From positions 720,001-752,000 of the forward strand of contig AP031373.1 in assembly GCA_042850255.1 (NCBI GenBank): DNA of 32,000 bases, read 5' to 3'. Numbering within the stretch: the stretch's first letter is position 1; each line of letters begins with the position of its first letter. Under the pieces are notes generated by a model. It was not told the DNA's origin. It saw only the letters and a list, made by a program, of their open reading frames with translations, and made no database searches. Made by a program: the position numbers and the translations under genes. This document shows positions 15,932-23,969 of this stretch, piece after piece. This stretch comes from Nanobdellota archaeon. Its GTDB lineage: Archaea; Nanobdellota; Nanobdellia; Nanobdellales; Nanobdellaceae.

Positions 15932-16984
15932 ATGGGTAATCCATATTTGGTAGATGAATATATAAACAACTTAGAAAATAATTTAAGAAAAATTATATAT
16001 GAAGGTAGTATAAATAAAATAGTATCATCGATAAATACTTCAGAATTAGAAAATATATTAGATACTAAAGATATAGATATAAAGGATATCGTAGCATATG
16101 TTTCTACTATCTTAATAAGTTCTTATGCTGAAAAAAATGGAAATAGGATAAATTTAGATAATAATATAACAAAAAGAATTTTAAATTATTATGAAAAAAA
16201 TTTAATTATATGCGGAATAGAATCTGCTGTAACAGAAACCACAATAAACTTTTTTAAAAATAAAAATAGATTAAAATATTCTGAAGAACCAAGATATATT
16301 CAAGAAATTAAGACCTTTCTTTTAGAATATTTACCTATAGATATGCAAAATACTTTTGGAGATATTAAAAAAATCATAAATAATATTAACAATAGCAATA
16401 ACAAAAGAAAATTAAGGTTTTATTATAAAAAACTAAATGAATTGGTTGATAATCTTTCTAAAAATTTAATATATTTGGGTATAATGGAAAGTTTATTTGG
16501 AGATGTAGACAAAATTAAGGACGAGTATAATAAAGTTAAAGAAGGATTGGAATCTATATTAGAACATTCTTACAAAGGAATAGCAAATTTTTTATCTTAT
16601 ACAATTTATGAATTTCCAACTGAACCATTACAAGTATTTTATTTTACAGAACCTGAAAAATTAAACAAATTAACTAGAGCGCTATATACAACCCTTAAAA
16701 ATAAGTATATAGTAGAAATGTCAAAAAACGAATTAGATAATAATAACATAATGAGAAGTTTTAAGATTTATTTAATAAAAAAGGCTATTAAATATTTAGT
16801 AGGAGAAGAACCAAAATATTTAAGAATTGAAAATAGAAGAGAAGTATATTCTCAATTTTACAATTTATTGATAGATACTAGAAATAATATATATGAATTA
16901 ATAGAAAATGACAAAATTAATCCAGAATATAGAACTACATTTGAAACTTTCATAGAAATAGTTAATAATGTGGAAAATATATGA
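15932..16984 (+). CDS. helical-family protein (P-family copy 5, dispersed)
   Basis: 350 aa. YINNLENNLRK, IVSSINTSELENIL and ITKRILNYYEKNLIICGIESAVTETTINFFKNKNRLKY are colinear with the motifs of the 7.1-11.9 kb array. Confidence 0.55.
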   Translation: MGNPYLVDEYINNLENNLRKIIYEGSINKIVSSINTSELENILDTKDIDIKDIVAYVSTILISSYAEKNGNRINLDNNITKRILNYYEKNLIICGIESAVTETTINFFKNKNRLKYSEEPRYIQEIKTFLLEYLPIDMQNTFGDIKKIINNINNSNNKRKLRFYYKKLNELVDNLSKNLIYLGIMESLFGDVDKIKDEYNKVKEGLESILEHSYKGIANFLSYTIYEFPTEPLQVFYFTEPEKLNKLTRALYTTLKNKYIVEMSKNELDNNNIMRSFKIYLIKKAIKYLVGEEPKYLRIENRREVYSQFYNLLIDTRNNIYELIENDKINPEYRTTFETFIEIVNNVENI

Positions 16985-17097
16985 ATAATAATCATTTATA
17001 ATTAACCTAGAAATTTGTTTAATTCAAACTTCAGAGATGTTTTTATTTTATTTTCAATATAGTAAGATTTATAAACTTTTAAATTTATTACTAATTA

Positions 17098-17871
17098 ATG
17101 GTAATAAGGGTACGCATAGATGGTATAGGACTATTTAATGGAAAAATTGGAGGTATTTATAAAACTATAGATAATAGAATAATTTCTTATAATTATAATA
17201 CTACTCTTGAAGAATTGATTGATAAAAGTGTAAGAGAAAGAAGAGAAATTTCATTTACAACTTATTGTTCAGACCAAAATTGTGATTTTTTAGATGAAAA
17301 TCAAAGAACAGAAAATGGAATATCAATTCAAGGTACTTATGTTACACCTAAAGAACCATATACAATCATCACGAAAGGAGAATCTACACAGGACATAATT
17401 GATGTATCTGAACCTCCAAGAGGTACAATAGTTGAAATATTAGCGCATACACATCCATTAAGAAGAGGTCCGGAAACTTATCATTCGGATCCTGACAAAG
17501 ATGTCCATACAATGTATTTCCTAAGAGATATAACAAAAGGTACGTTAACCTTATCATTTGTATTAGGAAGAGATGAAGGAAAAGCTATGTTACCTGTTGT
17601 AGAAATGGATGGCTATAGGTATTACATAGATAATAAAGTTCCTAGTATAAGAAGTTTCCAATTAGCTTTAATATATAACTGTATTCAAAAATTTTATGGA
17701 ACTAATTATAGAATAGGTTATATGGGATTCTATTCTCAAACATATGTTCCAGAACCTATCAATTGTAGACAAATATACTTTGAAGAAGTTCCTATATTTT
17801 ATATGTTTAGAGAACCATATGAAACTATAATAAAGAGAGATAAAAAATTACCACCAATAAAAAGGTTATAA
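17098..17871 (+). CDS. JAB/MPN-like (JAMM motif variant) protein
   Basis: IVEILAHTHPLRRGPETYHSDPD is encoded at about 17437-17496. It fits H-x-H-P ... S-x-x-D of JAMM metalloenzymes, but with 10 residues instead of the usual 7 between H-x-H and Ser. I cannot place the upstream catalytic Glu with confidence. By eye the ORF is more G+C-rich and less K/N/I-biased than its neighbours. Confidence 0.45.
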   Translation: MVIRVRIDGIGLFNGKIGGIYKTIDNRIISYNYNTTLEELIDKSVRERREISFTTYCSDQNCDFLDENQRTENGISIQGTYVTPKEPYTIITKGESTQDIIDVSEPPRGTIVEILAHTHPLRRGPETYHSDPDKDVHTMYFLRDITKGTLTLSFVLGRDEGKAMLPVVEMDGYRYYIDNKVPSIRSFQLALIYNCIQKFYGTNYRIGYMGFYSQTYVPEPINCRQIYFEEVPIFYMFREPYETIIKRDKKLPPIKRL

Positions 17872-18007
17872 AAAGATGAATTAATAGTATTAACATTAGA
17901 TAATCTTATTTAATAAATTTGAGAATAGTAAAAAATCGTAATATATTACTAATTAATTTTATTTATAAATATTAAATTTATAAGATGTTACTACTATATA
18001 GTAATAT

Positions 18008-19293
18008 ATGTATGATGATAAAGCAAAGGAAGTATTATTATCACTGGAAGAAATAGAAATATTAAATAGACTAGTAAATAAAATTAAAGATGATTTAGAA
18101 AGTAAAGGTTATAGAGATGATCAATATATTAAAGAACTTTTAGATATCACAAAAATGATAAATAAATCAGAAATAATTGAAGAATCTGGTATTAAAAAAG
18201 TAAGACTTTCGGTAGGAGAAATATACAAATTTTATAAATCTGCAAATAATCTTATAAGAAATTTAAAAAATGAGAAATATAAAAGTATAGATCAATTGTA
18301 TATTAATGGACTTGGAGCCAGAACTCAAATGATCTTCAAAATTATTTACAGATTTTTAGCTGAAGAAATAGCAAAACCTATTATTGATGATATAAATAAA
18401 AAATTTGGAATTTCTTATAATATAGAAATATTATTAGGAAAAAATGAAATAGAGAGAGAATTTGAAGAAGTTCCAGATATTTATAGTGATGAAGCTGCTA
18501 CGATATACAAACATAAAGGAAAATTATATATATTATTAGGAGAAACTTATAATCTGTTGTCTTCTTATACCTATACCAAAAAAAATGAAAAAATTAATTC
18601 AGAGGATTTAAGTGATTATCAACACAAAGAAGTCCCTTTACCATATACTCTTGTACATGAATATCTACATGAAATACTACAAGAAAAATTGCCAAAACTC
18701 ATAGTATATCTATAGGATTAGAAAAATTATTAGATGAAAATATAGATAATTTAGAATTTCCATATTGGGAAACATGGACTGAAGCATTTACTTATCTATC
18801 TTGGAGAAAAAAGTATGGTACAGATATACCAAAAAGTAAAATAGATCTTCTTAAAATACCAAATCTTTACTTATTGGATATAAAAGAAGTTAGTAATGAA
18901 ATTAAAGGTTATATGAAAGAAATAAAAAGAGAAGAAGATTTAAAGAAAAAAATTGAGGAAATAAAAGGAAAATTAGAAAGAGGAGAATCATATGATTTTG
19001 AAAAATATGGAGTAATAATTGAAAATGTAAAAGAAGCAGAACAAATTATAGAGAATATAGAAAAAGCAAAAGAAGAATACGAAGACAAAATAAGAGATTT
19101 AAGAATGTGGATATCATATGATAAAGCATATTTATTAGGATATATAATTGGAGAAGAATTATGGAACAAATATGGAGATAAATCAATCGATATATTAATA
19201 GAAAGAATAAGTAAATATAATGATATTGAAAATATATTGGATAAAGATGTGATAGAAAAGGTTAAAAATAAATTTAATAGTTATTTTTCATAA
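18008..19293 (+). pseudogene. HExxH zincin-like protein, frameshifted (M-family copy 3)
   Basis: Frame 2 reads ...PLPYTLVHEYLHEILQEKLPKLIVYL and stops at 18713-18715, with HEYLH at 18656-18670. Frame 1 is open from 18673 and reads ...THSISIGLEKLLDENIDNLEFPYWETWTEAFTYLSWRKKYG.... It runs into the tracked ORF 18874-19293. WTEAFTYLS aligns with TTEALTIIFLS of copy 1. The shift must lie between 18673 and 18713, which contains the A-runs 18684-18688 and 18693-18696. Confidence 0.55.
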
Positions 19294-19357
19294 GAAGCTT
19301 AATTAAAAAGTTAAAATAATAGACAAATTTTAATAAAATTAAAGATACATACATATA

Positions 19358-19830
19358 ATGAAAATTCTTGTTATTCGTCATATTTCCTGGGATAAGAAGA
19401 ATGATGAAATAACAGAAGATGGAAAAAAACAAATTAAAGAAATTATTGAAAAAATAAGAAAAATAAATATAAATTTTAGAATAATCTATTCTTCTCCTTT
19501 AAAGAGAACATTATATACTGCAGAAAAAATTTCAGAAGAATTCTCTATACCAATAATATTAGAAAATTTATTGTCTCAAAGAAAAGAAAAAGAAGGAGAA
19601 TCATTTAAGAATGTTTATAACAGAACTAAAGAATTTTTAAAAAAATAAAAAAATAACTCTTTGATTACTAATGTTATTGTAGTAACTCATTATACAAATA
19701 TTGTTTGTTTTTATAGCATAATAAATAATAAAGATTTTAAAGAACTTTGGAAAAAGATATAGTTGACCCAAATACTGGTGATATTTTCTTATTTGATTTT
19801 ATAACTTCAAAAGATCAGTTTCATTATTGA
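19358..19830 (+). pseudogene. histidine phosphatase (phosphoglycerate mutase-like) family gene with an in-frame stop and a frameshift
   Basis: ILVIRHISW carries the RH motif, and SSPLKRTLYTAE matches the S.P..RA.QTA-like block. After TAA at 19646-19648 the same frame continues NNSLITNVIVVTHYTNIV, which contains the second catalytic His motif. A further shift near the A-run at about 19753 leads to DIVDPNTGDIFLFDF... and a stop at 19828-19830. Confidence 0.6.
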
Positions 19831-19852
19831 AACTTTCTAATAATAAATATTT

Positions 19853-20635
19853 ATGAGAAAATTATTGTTAATACCTTCAACATTTACTGGAGAAAAAAGA
19901 GATAAAAAAATCAGGATAGTTTTATTATCACAATTAGCAAGATCTATTGTAAATTTTGGAATAAATGAGATTGGTATATATTATGATAATGATCCAAAAT
20001 TTGATTCTCATGGATTAGGAAGATTTATTGTAAAAGTATTAAAATATTTGAATACTCCTCCATATATAAGAAAAATTGCATTTCCAATTGAAAAAGAATT
20101 AGAATATATTGGTACAGCATTTCCAATAAATTCTTATTATCATAAGGATAGATCTAGATATGAATATGTTTATATTAAAAGAAGAGAAGATAATAAATTT
20201 TTAGTAACAAATGGAGAGAAAGAATTTTATGTAAATATTAAAAGAAAATATAGGAATACAAATATTTTAATATATGATAAAATAAAAAATGAATTATTAT
20301 ATCCTTATGAAACAGAATATTATTTTGGATATGAAGTATTTTATTATAATAAACCATTAGAAAATTTAATAAAAAAATTAAAAAAAGAAGGGTTTTACTT
20401 AATTGCAACATCAAGATATGGAGAAGATATTGGAAAAATAAAAATAGTAAAAAAAGATAAAATTGCAATTGCATTTGGTTCTTTTGCTAGAGGAATTGAA
20501 GATATGATAAAAGATTGGAAAAACAAATTTGATATTAATATAAATATTTGTCCTGATCAAAAATTAGAAACAATAAGAACTGAAGAAGCGATATATTACA
20601 CTCTATCAATTCTCCATTATATTAAAATTCTGTAA
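19853..20635 (+). CDS. putative SPOUT-class RNA methyltransferase (DUF171/COG2106-like)
   Basis: The N-terminal LLLIPSTFTGEKRDKKIRIVLLSQLARSIVNFGINEIGIYYD matches the pattern (iPsS...l..kt...g.iaRa..iF.v.eI.vY.d). The length is 260 aa. Confidence 0.6.
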   Translation: MRKLLLIPSTFTGEKRDKKIRIVLLSQLARSIVNFGINEIGIYYDNDPKFDSHGLGRFIVKVLKYLNTPPYIRKIAFPIEKELEYIGTAFPINSYYHKDRSRYEYVYIKRREDNKFLVTNGEKEFYVNIKRKYRNTNILIYDKIKNELLYPYETEYYFGYEVFYYNKPLENLIKKLKKEGFYLIATSRYGEDIGKIKIVKKDKIAIAFGSFARGIEDMIKDWKNKFDININICPDQKLETIRTEEAIYYTLSILHYIKIL

Positions 20636-21622
20636 ATTTTTTACATAATCCCAGAATTCTGATCTTAAATTATTTAATTTTTCTATAGTTATTTTGCTAG
20701 TTAAATAAAATGAATCTAAATCGTTTTTTCTTCTTCTTAATATTTCTGTATGTAAAGATAAATATGTAAATATCATTGGTAAATTTGAATAACTTCTTCT
20801 AGCAGATTCTAATATATTAAAGTATATAGTTAATAATTTCTTATCTGGAACTATTATATAAAATGAGTTTCCATAACGAATATTTTCTAATAAATTTAGA
20901 TAATATAATAATAATAGTTCTCTTCTTTGTATTTCTCTTGGATAATAACGCTCTCTATTATAATATACTTTTCTTAATTTTAAATATTTAGAACTTGGAC
21001 TTGAAGATTCAACTTCAAAATCTCCTTGATTATTTAATCCCATTATGAAAATATTATCTTCATCTCCCTTAGGATGTATATTTAAATTCATAGAAAATTC
21101 ATTAATAAATTTTCCTTTTCTCATTGGAGGAATTCTGGTATTATATAAACTATATATACCATTTATTATAAATGTTGCATAAGCTTCTACTATTTTAATT
21201 AAAGGAATTTCATATGCCTTATCTCTTAATATTATAACAATAGAATATGGATATTTTTTTAGATTTTCAGGATTATTTATATATTTTAATATATTTTTCA
21301 TAGCATTTAATAGATTATTTTTATTTGGCTCTTCATCCTTATAATAAATAGACCTTTTAACTCTAGTTAAGAATATTAAAGAATTTTTTATATATTTTCT
21401 ATTGTCCTTTTTCCCTCCACATATTTTTTCGTAATAATCATTCGGAATTTCTCTAAATACTTCATTTTTAAATCTTTCTTGTATATTTTTTATTTTTTCC
21501 ATATCAGGAATATAATTAATTTTTTCTAAATTTGGAAAAAATGTTTTATCTATATATTCTATATAACTATCTATTAAATTATCTAACCTGTCTTGTATTT
21601 CCCAAAATATACTTTTACTCAT
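20606..21622 (-). CDS. hypothetical protein
   Basis: 338-aa ORF with ordinary composition and no recognisable motif. Its 3' end overlaps the convergent 19853-20635 gene by 30 nt. Confidence 0.55.
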   Translation of the reverse strand: MSKSIFWEIQDRLDNLIDSYIEYIDKTFFPNLEKINYIPDMEKIKNIQERFKNEVFREIPNDYYEKICGGKKDNRKYIKNSLIFLTRVKRSIYYKDEEPNKNNLLNAMKNILKYINNPENLKKYPYSIVIILRDKAYEIPLIKIVEAYATFIINGIYSLYNTRIPPMRKGKFINEFSMNLNIHPKGDEDNIFIMGLNNQGDFEVESSSPSSKYLKLRKVYYNRERYYPREIQRRELLLLYYLNLLENIRYGNSFYIIVPDKKLLTIYFNILESARRSYSNLPMIFTYLSLHTEILRRRKNDLDSFYLTSKITIEKLNNLRSEFWDYVKNLQNFNIMEN

Positions 21623-21645
21623 AATAATAAAAATAACTAAAAAAT

Positions 21646-22460
21646 TTATATATAATGATTATTTATTTTATCCCAATCTTCTTTATCTAATCTCCACCCC
21701 ATAGCACCAGAATTTTCTTCAACATGCTTTATATTTCCAGCCTTTGGTATTGGTATTACATTATCTATACAAATATACCAATTTAATGCAACCTGTATTG
21801 GAGTTTTGTTATATTTTTTACCTATTTCTTCCAAAAATTTATCATTTGCGAATTTTCCATGCTCTAGAGGAGTATAAGGTAAAAATAACATTCCTTCTCT
21901 TTTTGCATATTCTAATACATCTTGATTTTTTCTATCTATTAAACTATATTTATTTTCAACTGCTACAATATCATATTTACTTAAATAATTTCTAGCTTCT
22001 TCTATACTATTTACATCAAAATTACTTAATCCAAAATATCCTATTACTCCATCATCTACTAATTTTTCAAAAGCTTTCATTGTTTCTGATAAAGGATAAT
22101 TAGAAGGCCAATGCAATAAATATAAATCAATATATGTTCCTAATCTTTTCATACTATTTTTTGCAGATTTTATTACATCTTCGTATTTTGCATGTTCTGG
22201 TAAAACTTTTGTTATAATAAATAAATCTTCTCTATTAAAATCTTTTATTGCTTCTCCAACTAATTCTTCAGTGTGTCCATTACCATAAGCTTCTGCAGTA
22301 TCTATAACTGTCATACCTAATTCGATTCCTCTTCTTATTGCTTCTATTCCTTCTTTATCTTTACTATAATCTGATGTTAACATCCCCCACCTATTCCGTA
22401 AGTCCCAATACCTAAAACTGATAATTCCCCTATTAATTTTATTTTTTTCTTATCTTTCAT
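21646..22460 (-). pseudogene. aldo/keto reductase, N-terminus detached by a frameshift in a C5/G5 run
   Basis: The tracked ORF 21646-22383 reads ...GIELGMTVIDTAEAYGNGHTEELVGEAI...LYLLHWP..., the AKR signature, but it lacks the first beta-strand. The missing part, MKDKKKIKLIGELSVLGIGTYGIGGG, is encoded from the ATG at 22460-22458 in another frame. That frame stops at 22379-22377. The two frames meet at the ccccc run 22384-22388. This may be a sequencing artefact. Confidence 0.75.
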
Positions 22461-22513
22461 ATTTATTATTTGATAAAATATACTTATAAGAAATAAAATT
22501 TTCTTTAATTATT

Positions 22514-22951
22514 ATGGATGCAACAGGTATTTTGGATTTAAGAAAAAGTATATTAATTTATATTATTGCATTGATATTTATATTTTTAGATTTTTTATTA
22601 TTATTTGGATTAGGAAAATATTTGCCAATATTAGCAATTATAGGAATTTTTTCTATACCAATATATTTAATACTCTCTTTATTATCTATAATTTTTATAG
22701 TAAATGGATTTAATAAAATAGGAGATAGATTTGATAAAGCAAGATTAGGAAAAATAGGATCGTATTTAGCTCCAATTTTAGTAGGTTATATATTTCTAGG
22801 TCTATCGTTTTTATCTTTAGGAAATGCAATAAAAAATTATAAAGTAAAAATTGGAGGTATAATATTTATATTTCCACCCATTGGATTTATAGGAGCTATA
22901 TTAATATATTTAGGATTAACTGAAGTTGCGAGACAAATAAAATTAATATAA
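22514..22951 (+). CDS. small multi-pass membrane protein (tandem paralog A; DUF996-like by appearance)
   Basis: 145 aa with about 4 hydrophobic segments. NGFNKIGDRFDKARLGKIGSYLAPILVGYIFLG...KIGGIIFIFPPIGF is colinear with the next ORF. Confidence 0.65.
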   Translation: MDATGILDLRKSILIYIIALIFIFLDFLLLFGLGKYLPILAIIGIFSIPIYLILSLLSIIFIVNGFNKIGDRFDKARLGKIGSYLAPILVGYIFLGLSFLSLGNAIKNYKVKIGGIIFIFPPIGFIGAILIYLGLTEVARQIKLI

Positions 22952-22973
22952 ATCTTTTATATATCTAGTTTGT

Positions 22974-23369
22974 ATGAATAAAGAAGGATTATTAGAATTA
23001 AGAATAGGATCTCTTATTTATACTTTTGGAACAATATTTATATATTTAGGAATCTTCTTTGGAATATTTAAAGGATTATTAATAATAATAGGAACATTAA
23101 TAAATATATTTGGAACAATTCATACTTGGAACGGATTTGATAAGATAATGAATGAATTTAAAGATTATGATATAGGAAAAATAGGATCTGTTTTAACATT
23201 AATTTTAGTAGGTTTTATAATATTGGGAATTGTTTATTATAGTTTAGGAAAAAAATTAAATAATGATAATATAAAAATTGGAGGTATTCTAACTATATTT
23301 TTCCCATTTATAGGACAATTAATCATACATTTAGAACTAAATAGTATTCTAAATAAATTAATAAATTAA
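22974..23369 (+). CDS. small multi-pass membrane protein (tandem paralog B)
   Basis: 131 aa. NGFDKIMNEFKDYDIGKIGSVLTLILVGFIILG...KIGGILTIFFPFIG aligns with paralog A. Confidence 0.65.
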   Translation: MNKEGLLELRIGSLIYTFGTIFIYLGIFFGIFKGLLIIIGTLINIFGTIHTWNGFDKIMNEFKDYDIGKIGSVLTLILVGFIILGIVYYSLGKKLNNDNIKIGGILTIFFPFIGQLIIHLELNSILNKLIN

Positions 23370-23387
23370 AAAAATTATATTAATAAA

Positions 23388-23969
23388 ATGTTAGTTGAAG
23401 GATTTGAATTATTAGATAAATACGGTATAAAGGTTCCAGAATATTGGATAAATGAAATACCAATACATGCAAAATTTCCATTAGTTATAAAAGCTGATTT
23501 AAATCATAAAACAGATGCAGGAGCAATAAAGTTAAATATAACGAACTATTCAGAATTAAAGTATTACTTTAACTTGTTTAAAGAAAAATTTAAAACAAAT
23601 GTAATAATACAGGAACAAATAGTTGGAGATTTTACAGAGATTATTGTAGGAATAAAAAATGATATAACATTTGGAGATATATGTTTGGTGGGAATTGGAG
23701 GTATCTATACAGAATTATTAAAAGATTTCATTATATTAGCATTACCATTTGATTTAGATATATTAGAAAAAAGGATTAAAGAATTAAGGTTATATAAAAT
23801 ATTGGAAGGCTATAGAAATAAACCAAAGGTAGATATAGGATTAATATATGAAAATATATTAAAATTATATGAATTATATAAAAAAGAAAATCTTAAAGAA
23901 ATAGAGATAAATCCTTTATTAGTGAATGATAAAGAGGCCTTTGCTATAGATGTTAGATTTTTAAGATAA
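23388..23969 (+). CDS. ATP-grasp domain protein resembling the beta subunit of ADP-forming acetyl-CoA synthetase
   Basis: LLDKYGIKVPEY, PLVIKADLNHKTDAGAIKLNI, VIIQEQI and the C-terminal EIEINPLLV...AIDVRF follow the ATP-grasp/ACD-beta pattern. At 193 aa it is somewhat short. Confidence 0.6.
   Translation: MLVEGFELLDKYGIKVPEYWINEIPIHAKFPLVIKADLNHKTDAGAIKLNITNYSELKYYFNLFKEKFKTNVIIQEQIVGDFTEIIVGIKNDITFGDICLVGIGGIYTELLKDFIILALPFDLDILEKRIKELRLYKILEGYRNKPKVDIGLIYENILKLYELYKKENLKEIEINPLLVNDKEAFAIDVRFLR

Noticed and set aside
813-19648. Alternative genetic code (stop-codon reassignment) as an explanation for the in-frame TAA codons at 813-815 and 19646-19648 and the TAG cluster after 18713
   Set aside because: TAA and TAG also terminate well-conserved genes here at the expected protein lengths. 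Most disruptions are frameshifts that recoding cannot repair. Reading through the TAGs after 18713 gives nonsense, whereas the shifted frame gives family-conserved sequence.
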